Part shown: positions 25,246-35,145 of the stretch, piece after piece
How the letters are laid out: each line of letters starts with the position of its first letter
How positions within the stretch are numbered: the first letter of the stretch is position 1
Origin: a virus
Taxonomy: Duplodnaviria; Caudoviricetes
Virus record (IMG/VR): IMGVR_UViG_3300032239_000537
Location: 1 to 40,179 of that record
Direction: 5' to 3' (one strand)
Length of the DNA: 40,179 bases
Program-made: the position numbers and the translations under genes
Notes under the pieces: model-generated
What the model was told of the DNA's origin: nothing
The model's database searches: none
What the model saw: the letters and a program-made list of their open reading frames with translations, nothing else

Positions 25246-25856
25246 TGGCCCTGAATAACTACACGGCCCTGCAGGCGTCGGTCGCTGACTGGCTTAACCG
25301 GTCAGACCTCACGTCGCAGATCCCTGATTTCATTCTGTTGGCGGAGACGCAACTCAACCGCCAACTTCGCGTGAGAGACATGCTCTCGCGCCAGTACACC
25401 ACGGCGAGCAGCCAATACGTTGCGCTGCCGACCGACTACAGCGGCATCAAGTCGATCCAGTTGAACACGAACCCGGTAACGCGCCTCGATTACGCGCCTC
25501 CCGAGTCAATGGCAGACAGGCTTAACGATCATTCGACCGGCAAGCCTCAGATCTACACCATCGTGAACAACCAGATCGAACTGGCTCCCGCGCCTGACGC
25601 GTCGTACGAGATGGAGATCGTCTACTGGCAGCGGATCCCTTCGCTTGCCTCGAACTCCACGAACTGGCTGCTCACAAAGCACCCGGACGTTTACCTGTAC
25701 GGGACTCTTTTGCAGGCCGCGCCTTACCTTCGGGACGATGACCGCATCGCCGTATGGCAGGGCCTGCAGAACGCCGCGCTGAACGACATCAACGTAGATA
25801 ACGAAAGGGCGGAGCGCTCAGGCCAACCGCTCAAGACTCGCATCAGACCATTCTGA
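25245..25856 (+). CDS. Head-tail adaptor protein
   Basis: ADWLNRSDLT.QIPDFI.LAE...NWLL..HPDVYLYG.L motif. Confidence 0.85.
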   Translation: MALNNYTALQASVADWLNRSDLTSQIPDFILLAETQLNRQLRVRDMLSRQYTTASSQYVALPTDYSGIKSIQLNTNPVTRLDYAPPESMADRLNDHSTGKPQIYTIVNNQIELAPAPDASYEMEIVYWQRIPSLASNSTNWLLTKHPDVYLYGTLLQAAPYLRDDDRIAVWQGLQNAALNDINVDNERAERSGQPLKTRIRPF

Positions 25857-25863
25857 GGGACCC

Positions 25864-26070
25864 ATGACTGAAGAGACCCCGATGATTTGGACAACGAAAG
25901 GAAACCTACCCATTGCCTCGCTGACTTATCAGACGGCGTGGGATGTCAACCCAGAGTACGTGAAGTTTATGGAACGGTACGTCACTCAGGACGGAGAGGT
26001 GGTGAAAGAGTCCGCCCACGTTTATTCACTCCAAGGCGTCTCTGGCGATGGCGTCGCTAACATTTCGTAA
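25864..26070 (+). CDS. Small hypothetical protein (68 aa)
   Basis: GAGGG RBS; within the virion operon. Confidence 0.65.
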   Translation: MTEETPMIWTTKGNLPIASLTYQTAWDVNPEYVKFMERYVTQDGEVVKESAHVYSLQGVSGDGVANIS

Positions 26071-26089
26071 TTCTTAAGAGGATCAGGCA

Positions 26090-26563
26090 ATGGCAAATAC
26101 TCAGGCAATGTGTTCTTCGTTCAAGAGCGAGTTGATGCTTGGCATCCACTGCCTTGGCGCGGCAACTCTCGGTACCGCTCGCGGCGCTACGACGTCGATC
26201 ACGGCAGACACGGTAAAGGCCGCGCTCTACTTGACCACGGCAACCGTAAACGCGGCCACCACCGCGTACTCTGCGACCAACGAAGTCAGCGGCACCAACT
26301 ACACCGCGGGCGGGGCCACCGTCACGAACGCCACCGCGCCCTCGACGTCAGGAACGGCGGCGATCTGGACGCCGAGCGCTTCGATCTCGTGGACCACGGT
26401 TACGCTGTCCACCGCGTTTGATTGCGTGTTGTTGTACAACTCGTCGCAGTCGAACCGCGCGATCAGCGCCCACACCTTCGGCGCGCAGACGGTTACGGCC
26501 GGTAACTTCTCGCTGACGATGCCGACCAACGCCGTGGGTACCGCCCTGCTTCAGATCTCGTAA
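26090..26563 (+). CDS. Virion structural protein (tail-associated)
   Basis: AMC.SFK.EL...K.ALY...YS.TNEVSGTNYTAGG motif; Thr/Ala-rich. Confidence 0.75.
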   Translation: MANTQAMCSSFKSELMLGIHCLGAATLGTARGATTSITADTVKAALYLTTATVNAATTAYSATNEVSGTNYTAGGATVTNATAPSTSGTAAIWTPSASISWTTVTLSTAFDCVLLYNSSQSNRAISAHTFGAQTVTAGNFSLTMPTNAVGTALLQIS

Positions 26564-26573
26564 GGGGTAGCGT

Positions 26574-27143
26574 ATGAGTATGCAGACGTGGCAAGAGACC
26601 ATCGTCGCTGCTCAGGTCGCGGGCTCTGCGCTGTCGAACTCCACGACGGCGACGAGCCTGCTTCCCACGCACGCGAAGATCGTACTTCCCTCGAACTTCT
26701 TTAACGCGGCAGGCAAGGCCCTGCGCGTAAAGATCGCGGGCCAGATCAGTAACATCGTCACGACGCCCGGCACGCTGACGCTCGACTTCCGTCTTGGGTC
26801 GGTGGTGGCGTTCAACGGCGGCGCGATGCAGTTGAGCAGCACCGCCCACACGACGGTGCCGTTCATCGCGGAGATCTTGCTGACCTGCAGGAGCGTGGGC
26901 TCAGGCACGTCGGCGACGCTGATGGGGCAGGGCGCTATCACGTCGCAGGCACTTTCGCTTACAGCCGTGGCGGATAGCACCACGACGCCCGCGACGCTGC
27001 TCTTGCCAAACACCACGCCCGCGGCGGGAACTGGCTTTGACAGCACGGCATCGCAGCAGATTGACGTGTTTGGCACGTTCTCGATTGCTAACGCCGGTAA
27101 CGCGATCACGATTCAGCAGTTCATTGTCGAGTCGCTGAACTGA
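26574..27143 (+). CDS. Virion structural protein (beta-rich)
   Basis: Ser/Thr/Ala-rich 189 aa in the tail module. Confidence 0.7.
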   Translation: MSMQTWQETIVAAQVAGSALSNSTTATSLLPTHAKIVLPSNFFNAAGKALRVKIAGQISNIVTTPGTLTLDFRLGSVVAFNGGAMQLSSTAHTTVPFIAEILLTCRSVGSGTSATLMGQGAITSQALSLTAVADSTTTPATLLLPNTTPAAGTGFDSTASQQIDVFGTFSIANAGNAITIQQFIVESLN

Positions 27144-27196
27144 TCAAGGGCGGGCTGCTGACCGTGGCCCGCCATTCTTTAAGCCGAGGTTGACCT

Positions 27197-30100
27197 GTGG
27201 CGACGATTACCCGCACGTACAACTCAGGCACCAGTCTCACAGAGACCGTACCGGCGGGCGCGACAAGCGTCACCATCCAAGGTTGGGCAGGCGGCGGCTC
27301 AGGCGCGTGCAGCGGCAGCGGCGCGTCTACGCTTGGCGCGGGCGGCGGCGGCGGATCCTACTTTTCAAAGACCGTAGCCGTCACCGGCGGCAACACGTTT
27401 ACCTACTCTGTGGGCCAAGGCGGCGGCGGCGTCACTGCGGGCTCCGTCGTAACGGCAGGCAACGTCGGGCAGGGAACCTCCGTCAGCGGGACCCCGTCGG
27501 GCGGCGCAATATCATGCAGCGCTAACGGCGGATCGCCCGGAACTACCCTCACCGCGTTCGGCGCGGGCGGCGCTGCAGGCACGGGCGGCGACGTTAACAC
27601 CGCAGGCTTGCCCGGCACGGCAGGCGGATCTGCGCCCGCGAGCGGTCTCGGCAACGGCGGCGCTTCTCCTAACGGCGGCGCGGCGGCCGATTATTTTGGC
27701 GGCGGTTCCACGGCGTCTGCAGGCAACGCCCCCGGCGGCGGCTCGACAGGCGCGATAGGAAACATCGACGGGTTTTCGTTGGCGGGCGGCGCGGGCCGAC
27801 TCATTTTCACCTACACCGTTGCGGACTCCGCGGGCGTCGCCTCCACGCCTATCCACCCGGGCCGCGGCATCACGCGCGTCGCGCGTCACAACTCGACCAA
27901 GTTCTCGGCCAACACGCCCGCCATCGCGCTGTACCAGAACGCGGGGTCAGGCTCGGTTGGCACCGCGCTAGCCGCCATCGCGCTAGCCATCAGTCAGGCG
28001 CTGTCGACCGGCGCGCCGGGCTCGATGTCGGCCAACCAGTCTGCGCCGATCACGCAGGCCGCCGCGTCGGGCTCTGTTGGCACGATGGGCGCGTCGACGT
28101 CTGTCGCGCTGACGGGCAACGCGGCCACGTCATCCGTTGGCTCGATGACCGCGTCGGCGCCGGGCGGTGCCACGCTATCAAACGTCACCGGCACAAGCGC
28201 CGTAGGCTCCGTTAAGGCGGCATCTACCGTCGCGCTGAGTCAGGTATTGGGCTCTGGCGCTGTAGGCTCCCTCACATACTCTCAGCCGGTCACCGGCGTC
28301 TCCGCGTCGAGCGCCGTTGGGTCCGCCGCGGTGTCCGCGTTGGTTCCTCTTACGCAGGTATCAGGCTCTGGCGTCATCGGCTCCGTGTCTGAATCGGATG
28401 CGCGCGGCCTAACTCAGAACGCAGCGTCTGGCGCTGTCGGCTCCGTGGCCGTGGCCGTATCTGCGGCGCTGACTCAGGCGTCTGGCTCTGGGTCTGTCGG
28501 TACCGTCACGACGCTTACAGGCTTTGGCGCGGCGCTTACTCAGGCGTCAGGATCTGGCTCCGTTGGGTCGGTAAAGGCGGCCTTCTCGCCAACGGTCTCG
28601 AACACGTCCATCTCGACCGTCTCCGCAACGGGATCAAGCACGGCCCCCTCGCGCACGGTTCAGGCGAAGGTCGAGGCGTGGGGGCCGGGCGGCGGCGGGT
28701 CGCGAGACGTCGCGGGCGGCAACGGCAGCGGCGGCGGTTCTGGCGCGTACACCACGATCACCACGCCCGCCGCGAGCGGCGACGTCTACACGATCACGGT
28801 AGGCACTGGCGGCGCGGGGCGCACCGGGCTTGACGGCAACGGATCGCCGGGCTCTGGCCCAACCACGGTAACTGCCACGCCGACAGGCTATGTCTCGATC
28901 AGCCTCAGCGCGGGCGCGGGTGACGGCGGTATCAAGGCCGGTACAGACCCAACCCCGTCCACGGCGTCTGGCGGCTTCGTCAACACTTCCGGTAACACGC
29001 CCGGAGCAAACACCTCGACCGGCCCCGGGGCGCCCAACGGCGGCGGCGACGTCACCACGGCGGGGGCCTCTGGATCCAACCCGGGCGGCGGCGGCGCGTC
29101 TTGGCAAAGCGCATCCGCGGGCAGCGGCGGCAACGGCTCGAATGGTCAGGTCAAGGTCACCTACACGCTTGATAACGGCTCTCTGACGAGCGTGACCGGG
29201 ACGGGCTCTGTCGGCTCTGTCGGGACCGCCGTGTCCTTCCCGGTAACGCAAGCGTCAGCAACCGGCTCTGCGGGCTCGACGGCAGCGTCTACCGCGGCGG
29301 CCCTCACTCAGGTTAGCGGCTCAGGCTCCGTCGGGTCCTTATCGTTTGCTCGCTCGGTCACCGGCAACATCGCGACCGCGTCTGTAGGCACCGCGTCAGC
29401 GCTGTTGTCTCAAGCCGTCACGGGAGTCGTCTCGACAGGCTCGGTCGGCTCCGTCGCGGGCTCTCTTAGCGCGCCGCTGACTCAATCTGCCGCGTCTGGG
29501 TCGGCAGGCTCAGCCACGGCAGCCCCGTCCGTCGCTCTGACTCAGGTCGCGGGGTCTGGTTCTGTAGGCTCGGTTAACTACTCGGTGCCGGTCACCGGCG
29601 TGTCTGGTACCGGCTCGGTTGGTAACGCAACCGCAGGCTGCTCGGTCGGCATCGCTCAGGTATCTGCCGCCGCCTCCGTGGGCTCTGTCTCGGCGTCGCC
29701 AACCGCAGCGCTTACTCAGGCATCAGGCGCGGGGTCCGTTGGCTCAGTAAGCGCGGCGCGACCGATTACTCAGGCGTCTGCTTCGGGCTCTGTCGGGTCC
29801 GTAACTGCAGGACAGTCAGTAAGCCAAGTCTCGGCGTCAGGCTCCGTTGGATCGCTTGGCCTGACGGCGGCGGTCCCGCTGACGCAGGCCCCGTCCACCG
29901 GATCCGTCGGGTCTGTCGGCGCGACATCTGCAGGGGCGGCTAGCATTTCGCAGGCGGCAGGGGCCGGGTCTGCCGGGTCGGTCTCGCCTTCCTCTACGTT
30001 GTCGGCATCTCAGGCCGCTGCCACGGCCTCCGTGGGCCTCGCCGTCGGCTTAACGCAGCCTGCTCTGACTCAGGCCGCGGGCTCTGGCTCCGTCGGCTCT

Positions 30101-30655
30101 GTGACGCCGTCAGCGGCCTCTAACGCGGCGCTGTCTCAGGCGGCCGCGACAGGCGCTGTTGGCTCCGTGTCTGCCGTTGGCGCTTCGTCGCTTTCCCTCA
30201 CGCAGGCAAGCGCCACGTCATCCGCGGGATCCGTGTCTGCCGTGCTGTCTGCGGCGCTGACCCAGCCTGCCGCCGTCGCGAGCGCCGGGCTCGTGACGCC
30301 GTCTGTCACGCTGCCTGTCACGCAAGCCTCCGCCTCTATCGCCGTCGGCGCGGTAACGGCTTTGAACTCACGCGCCATCTCGCAGGTCGCGGCAAGCGGC
30401 TCTGTCGGCGTCATCAGTTTCTACAGTAACAACGTGTTCGTGCCGCTGACGGGCGTCATCTCGACAGGCTCCGTTGGCGGCGTAGGGTTCTGGATCGAGA
30501 GGCCTGCAGGCACGTCGACGTGGACCCCGCGATCAGCCGCCACCGGCACGTGGCTGACGCGCTCGGATGCGGCTAATTCTTGGACCGCCCGCGCTGACTC
30601 TGTGACGTCGTGGACAGCAAGGGCGACTTCATCAGACACGTGGACGCCTCGGTAA
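27197..30655 (+). CDS. Long repetitive tail fibre/adhesin-like protein (1152 aa)
   Basis: Two glycine-rich domains, many ~19-aa LTQxSxSGSVGSV repeats and C-terminal 10-aa WTxR repeats. Confidence 0.78.
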   Translation: MATITRTYNSGTSLTETVPAGATSVTIQGWAGGGSGACSGSGASTLGAGGGGGSYFSKTVAVTGGNTFTYSVGQGGGGVTAGSVVTAGNVGQGTSVSGTPSGGAISCSANGGSPGTTLTAFGAGGAAGTGGDVNTAGLPGTAGGSAPASGLGNGGASPNGGAAADYFGGGSTASAGNAPGGGSTGAIGNIDGFSLAGGAGRLIFTYTVADSAGVASTPIHPGRGITRVARHNSTKFSANTPAIALYQNAGSGSVGTALAAIALAISQALSTGAPGSMSANQSAPITQAAASGSVGTMGASTSVALTGNAATSSVGSMTASAPGGATLSNVTGTSAVGSVKAASTVALSQVLGSGAVGSLTYSQPVTGVSASSAVGSAAVSALVPLTQVSGSGVIGSVSESDARGLTQNAASGAVGSVAVAVSAALTQASGSGSVGTVTTLTGFGAALTQASGSGSVGSVKAAFSPTVSNTSISTVSATGSSTAPSRTVQAKVEAWGPGGGGSRDVAGGNGSGGGSGAYTTITTPAASGDVYTITVGTGGAGRTGLDGNGSPGSGPTTVTATPTGYVSISLSAGAGDGGIKAGTDPTPSTASGGFVNTSGNTPGANTSTGPGAPNGGGDVTTAGASGSNPGGGGASWQSASAGSGGNGSNGQVKVTYTLDNGSLTSVTGTGSVGSVGTAVSFPVTQASATGSAGSTAASTAAALTQVSGSGSVGSLSFARSVTGNIATASVGTASALLSQAVTGVVSTGSVGSVAGSLSAPLTQSAASGSAGSATAAPSVALTQVAGSGSVGSVNYSVPVTGVSGTGSVGNATAGCSVGIAQVSAAASVGSVSASPTAALTQASGAGSVGSVSAARPITQASASGSVGSVTAGQSVSQVSASGSVGSLGLTAAVPLTQAPSTGSVGSVGATSAGAASISQAAGAGSAGSVSPSSTLSASQAAATASVGLAVGLTQPALTQAAGSGSVGSVTPSAASNAALSQAAATGAVGSVSAVGASSLSLTQASATSSAGSVSAVLSAALTQPAAVASAGLVTPSVTLPVTQASASIAVGAVTALNSRAISQVAASGSVGVISFYSNNVFVPLTGVISTGSVGGVGFWIERPAGTSTWTPRSAATGTWLTRSDAANSWTARADSVTSWTARATSSDTWTPR

Positions 30656-30728
30656 ATAAATAACGTGCATTTTCTTTGAAAATAAGTAACGTAATACTTA
30701 CCGGCTTATGCCTTCATTCGGACAGAGT

Positions 30729-31484
30729 ATGGCGAACCGTCACCTGATAATACCGGACACCCAAGTGAAGCCCGGCGTCCCGCTAGATCATTTTGACTGG
30801 GCAGCGAAGGCGATCATCGAGTACCGGCCGACTCACGTAATCCACCTTGGCGATCATTGGGACATGCACTCGCTGTCCAAGCACGCGGAGCCCGGCAGCC
30901 TTGAGATGGAGGGGCTCAGGTACTCGGCCGACGTGGACGCAGGAAACGAGGCCTTTGCGCGTCTTGTTCACCCGCTAAAAAAATACAAGTTCTGGTCGCG
31001 CGTGAGGAAACATTACCTTTTCGGCAACCATGAGTATCGAATATCACGCGCCACGAGCGACGCGCCGAAACTAATCGGCACGATGAGTCTTGACCATCTA
31101 GAGACGCCGGGCTTTCAGCGCCACGATTTTTTGCACGTGGTCAACATTGATGACGTGGCCTACAGCCATTACTACGCCAACCCGCTCAACGGCAGGCCGA
31201 TGGGCGGATCTGCGCGCGCGCTGTTGCCGAAGTTATCGACATCGTTCGTGCAGGGGCATCGTCAAGGGCTTGACTACGGCTCTTACTTCACCCCGACCGG
31301 GCGGTCTTTGCACGGCCTAATAGCGGGCTCTTACTACCAACACTCTGAGGGATACATGGGCCCGCAGGCGGATCCTCATCACTGGCGCGGTCTGGTGGTC
31401 TTGAATGGCGTCGAGCGCGGGGATTTTGACCTTATGCCGCTTCGGCTCTCTTACCTGAAAACAAAATACGGAAGGAAACACTGA
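30729..31484 (+). CDS. Calcineurin-like metallophosphoesterase
   Basis: IPDTQ, HLGDHWD, GNHE, SHY and QGHRQ motifs; alternative start at 30708. Confidence 0.85.
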   Translation: MANRHLIIPDTQVKPGVPLDHFDWAAKAIIEYRPTHVIHLGDHWDMHSLSKHAEPGSLEMEGLRYSADVDAGNEAFARLVHPLKKYKFWSRVRKHYLFGNHEYRISRATSDAPKLIGTMSLDHLETPGFQRHDFLHVVNIDDVAYSHYYANPLNGRPMGGSARALLPKLSTSFVQGHRQGLDYGSYFTPTGRSLHGLIAGSYYQHSEGYMGPQADPHHWRGLVVLNGVERGDFDLMPLRLSYLKTKYGRKH

Positions 31485-31999
31485 TGGAACAGGTTTTTCT
31501 AAAGACGATGAACAACGTCCTCGCATACGAGGGCGGCTTCAGCATCGACCCGGACGATGGCGGTAACTGGACCGGAGGCAAGTCTGGCCTCGGAGAGTTG
31601 CTTGGCACCAAGTGGGGAATCAGCGCGGCCTCGTATCCCACGCTCGACATCAAGTCGATCAGCCGCGAGCAGGCCATTTCGATCTACTACCGGGACTTTT
31701 GGGACGGTAAAATGATGTCAAACCTCCCGCCACAGGTAGCGGCGTGTGTCTTAGACGCAAGCATCAACATGGGGCACGGGACGGCCGTCAAACTTCTGCA
31801 ATCCGTGGTTGGAACAGAGCAGGACGGCGTAATCGGGCCACACACGGTCGCTGCGTGTTCGCAGAGAGATCAAGACGAACTTGTCCCAGAGTATCTGGCG
31901 GCGCGCGGCGTGTACTACGCGGGCCTGAAGAACTTCAGCAAGTTCGGAAAGGGGTGGATGACCCGCCTGTTTAAGCAGTCCAGAGACGTCTTGCGATAA
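31484..31999 (+). CDS. Endolysin, glycoside hydrolase family 108 with C-terminal peptidoglycan-binding domain
   Basis: EGGFS.DPDDGG...TKWGIS, IYYRDFW, DG.IGP.T and FGKGW..R motifs. Confidence 0.92.
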   Translation: MEQVFLKTMNNVLAYEGGFSIDPDDGGNWTGGKSGLGELLGTKWGISAASYPTLDIKSISREQAISIYYRDFWDGKMMSNLPPQVAACVLDASINMGHGTAVKLLQSVVGTEQDGVIGPHTVAACSQRDQDELVPEYLAARGVYYAGLKNFSKFGKGWMTRLFKQSRDVLR

Positions 32000-32014
32000 C
32001 CACGGAGGCCACGG

Positions 32015-32587
32015 ATGGCCGCTCTTAACCTCAAGCCTATAGCCACCGCCATCGCGGGATTCGCGCCGACGCTCGCCGCCATGCTTGGCGGGCCGTTGGC
32101 GGGCGCTGCCGTGGGCGCTCTTGAGGGGGCGCTCGGGCTGCAGTCTGGTGCCGGTGCAGACGGGATCACCGAGGTGACCCAAGCGGGGCTCACGCCAGAC
32201 ACCATCGCGAAGGTAAGGCAAGCCGATCAGGCGCACGCCGAGAAAATGCGCGAACTCGACATTAGTGTCGAATCTCTGAATTGTGCCCACGAGGAAGCGT
32301 TCGCGAAGGTGGACGCGGATGACCGCAAGAGCGCGCGAGAGCGCGAGGTGAGCGTCAAAGACGCCACGCCTAGCCTGCTTGCGTTTGGCGTCACGCTCGG
32401 GTTCTTCGGCACGCTCGGTTTCATGCTCGTGGTCGGAAAACCTGCCACCGGCGGAGACGCGTTGCTCGTGATGCTTGGCGCGCTTGGTGGCGCGTGGGCA
32501 AGCGTGATCTCGTACTACTTCGGCAGCAGCGCGAGCAGCAAGGGCAAGGATCAATTGCTCTACCAGTCGACGCCGGTGAAAGCGTAA
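32015..32587 (+). CDS. Putative holin (GTA 3TM-like)
   Basis: [21 protein letters not shown], two C-terminal TM segments and SYYFGSS; follows the endolysin. Confidence 0.7.
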   Translation: MAALNLKPIATAIAGFAPTLAAMLGGPLAGAAVGALEGALGLQSGAGADGITEVTQAGLTPDTIAKVRQADQAHAEKMRELDISVESLNCAHEEAFAKVDADDRKSAREREVSVKDATPSLLAFGVTLGFFGTLGFMLVVGKPATGGDALLVMLGALGGAWASVISYYFGSSASSKGKDQLLYQSTPVKA

Positions 32588-34017
32588 TGCCTTACTTACC
32601 GGTAGACCCGCAAGACGGCGTGTTCAAGAACTCAACGCGCTATCAGGCCGAGGGGCGTTGGTACGACTGCAACTGGATGCGGTGGACGGACGGATCGCCT
32701 CGCCCGGTTGGCGGGTGGGCTCGGGCCGGGTCTGCGCTGACAGGCAAGGCCCGCAAGATGATCTCGTGGCGCTCAAATGCCAACGCGGCCTACTCGGTAA
32801 TCGGCACGTCATCGAAACTCTACGTCAGCAACGACATGGTGACCTTCAACGACATCACGCCAACCGGCTTTACGGCAGGCGTTGATAGCGCGTCAGGCAC
32901 CACTCCCGCCACCACGTGGACGATGGACAACTGGGGCGAGAACTTTATCGGCTGCTCGCGAGCCGACGGAAAGATCTACCAGTGGGCACCTCCCACGGTA
33001 TCTACGCTCGCGACCGTGGCGTCAGTGAACGCGCCGGTCAACAACCGCGCGGTGCTCGTTACGGAGCAGCGTCACCTGATGGCGCTTGGCGCTAACGGCG
33101 ACCCTCGCTCGATCAAGTGGTCTGACAAGGAAGACCTGACCAACTGGACGGCGTCCGACACGAACGAGGCGGGCGGATTCCCGCTCGTGACCAACGGCGA
33201 GATCATGTGCGGCGTGAAGACGCGCGGCCAGATTCTGGTCCTCACGTCCACCGACGCCCACGTGATCAACTACATCGGTCAGCCCTACATTTTCGGCCGA
33301 GACAAGGTAGGCATTGATTGCGCCCCCTGCGGCGCGGGTGCCGTGCAGCCCACCGTCGGGTTTGCCGTGTGGATGGGCCCGAAGCGCTTCTTCATCTACG
33401 AGGGCTCCACCGTCGAGCCTCTGCCGTGCGACGTCGCGGACAACGTGTTTAACAACCTAAATACGGCGCAGATGAGCAAGGTGGTCAGCGGCCACTGCGG
33501 AGAGTTCGGCGAGATCTGGTGGTTCTACCCAAGCGCGGGATCATCCGAAAACGATATGTACGCGGTCTGGAACTACCGAGAAAAGATCTGGTACTCAGGC
33601 TCGCTTGCTCGCACGTGTTGGTCTGACGTTGGGGCGTGGCCCGACCCGTACGCGGTAGGTGCAGACAACTACGTGTACAAGCACGAGACAGGTTGGCTCG
33701 ATAACGGCGCGACGCGCGTCGGTAACGTGTGGGCAGAGACCGGCGTCATTCAGTTAGGCAACGGCGATAACGTGATGAACGTCGTGGGCCTGATTCAAGA
33801 CGAGGACGTCATCGGCTCGATCTCGATCAGTTTCAAGACACGCATGACGCCCGGCGGCACAGAAACGTCCTACGGCCCGTTCTTTGTTAAATCATCAGGC
33901 TACACCGACGCTCGATTTACCGGCAGGCAAGTCACGATGCGTATCGGTATCGCCACCGACGCAGAGTTGCGATTCGGAAAGATTCGCCTCGATGTCAGGC
34001 AGGCGGGCAAGCGATGA
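32587..34017 (+). CDS. Tail nozzle / DNA stabilisation protein (P22 gp10-like, 476 aa)
   Basis: Trp-rich beta-propeller-like sequence, IKWSDKED, EIWWFYPS; start ATG 32587 (TAATG overlap). Confidence 0.8.
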   Translation: MPYLPVDPQDGVFKNSTRYQAEGRWYDCNWMRWTDGSPRPVGGWARAGSALTGKARKMISWRSNANAAYSVIGTSSKLYVSNDMVTFNDITPTGFTAGVDSASGTTPATTWTMDNWGENFIGCSRADGKIYQWAPPTVSTLATVASVNAPVNNRAVLVTEQRHLMALGANGDPRSIKWSDKEDLTNWTASDTNEAGGFPLVTNGEIMCGVKTRGQILVLTSTDAHVINYIGQPYIFGRDKVGIDCAPCGAGAVQPTVGFAVWMGPKRFFIYEGSTVEPLPCDVADNVFNNLNTAQMSKVVSGHCGEFGEIWWFYPSAGSSENDMYAVWNYREKIWYSGSLARTCWSDVGAWPDPYAVGADNYVYKHETGWLDNGATRVGNVWAETGVIQLGNGDNVMNVVGLIQDEDVIGSISISFKTRMTPGGTETSYGPFFVKSSGYTDARFTGRQVTMRIGIATDAELRFGKIRLDVRQAGKR

Positions 34018-35132
34018 AGGTCAGGATCGCACGCCCGTCATACTGGTCACAGCGCGCCGCCAACGTGATGGCGTCTGAGATTGAGTTGGCGTTTGATAAG
34101 TTGCACAGCGAGGCGCTTGTCCCTGCTCACGGCCTGCCCGGTCAGGTGATCATCAAGAACTCTAACCGCAACTATGACTTCGGGTGGGCCTACTTTCCCA
34201 ATCAGGTCGTGACGAGCCTTCCCGCGGCGGGAAACGCCGGGCGCACGGTGGTCCTCACGTCTGACTGGAAGATCTACCGCGACAACGGCACCGCGTGGAT
34301 CCGCACGGTGGATGGCGCAGACGTGGTCGGCACGATGCAGAACACGGGCGGCTCGCTTCAGTTCGACGTGACAAACGGCCGCATCATTTTCAACAACGGC
34401 TCCTACATGAAGGTGAGCGGGATAGGCTTCGGCGCTAACTCTGACCTGCTTGAGTGGTTCGGCCCGACTCAATCGAACGTAAACCTTTGCAGCCGCGCGA
34501 ACGCAATTTATTTTCTCGCCACGGACGGCGCTTCGTATTTTGGCGGGGCCACCGCGTCAGGGTCAGCGACGGGCACGCTTCACACGTTTACGAGCAGCGG
34601 CACAGAGACTCTTCCTGCAGGCAAGACGTCCGTCACCATTGAACTGTGGGGCGCTACAGGCTACGGCGCTCACGGGCCCAACCCAAACACCAACAGCGTG
34701 TCTGGCGGGGGCGGAGGCTCAGGCGGCTACGCTCGCTCGACGTTCTTGATTTCCGCTCTTGGCGGTGCAGGAAAGACGCTCACCGTGTCTCTTGCCACCG
34801 GCGCTAGCGGAACGAACTCGATAATCAGCGCAGGCACGGCGACAGGCTTCACCACCATGACCGCGCCTTGCGGAGGCAACGGCGTGATCGTGTCTGTGTC
34901 TACGGCGACAAAGGGCGGGCAGGGCGGCCTTGCGGGCGCGATTGGAAGCGGCGGAAACATCGTCAACAGCAAAGGAAACCCCGGCAACGAGGGCGACCCA
35001 ACCGGCGCAAACGACGGCGGCTCTGCCGTGACCGGGTTGTATAGCGCAGGAAACGATGCGCCCGGCGGGAGCAACTCACCTACAACAAACGTGGCCGGTA
35101 AGTCTGGCTACGCGTCTTTCTACTACACCTAA
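34014..35132 (+). CDS. Tail fibre-like protein with C-terminal glycine-rich domain
   Basis: ATGA-coupled to the nozzle; TFTSSGT...VTIELWGA.G.G...GGGGSGGY domain. Confidence 0.72.
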   Translation: MKVRIARPSYWSQRAANVMASEIELAFDKLHSEALVPAHGLPGQVIIKNSNRNYDFGWAYFPNQVVTSLPAAGNAGRTVVLTSDWKIYRDNGTAWIRTVDGADVVGTMQNTGGSLQFDVTNGRIIFNNGSYMKVSGIGFGANSDLLEWFGPTQSNVNLCSRANAIYFLATDGASYFGGATASGSATGTLHTFTSSGTETLPAGKTSVTIELWGATGYGAHGPNPNTNSVSGGGGGSGGYARSTFLISALGGAGKTLTVSLATGASGTNSIISAGTATGFTTMTAPCGGNGVIVSVSTATKGGQGGLAGAIGSGGNIVNSKGNPGNEGDPTGANDGGSAVTGLYSAGNDAPGGSNSPTTNVAGKSGYASFYYT

Positions 35133-35145
35133 CCGAGCGGACAAC

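Noticed and set aside
27149-27181. Terminator before the long fibre gene
   Set aside because: A GGCGGG/CCCGCC hairpin is present but the T-tract is weak and interrupted, so it was not called.
27197-35132. Diversity-generating retroelement or invertible tail-fibre system
   Set aside because: No reverse transcriptase or invertase, and I saw no TR/VR pair. Similarity among the Gly-rich domains is only at the protein level.
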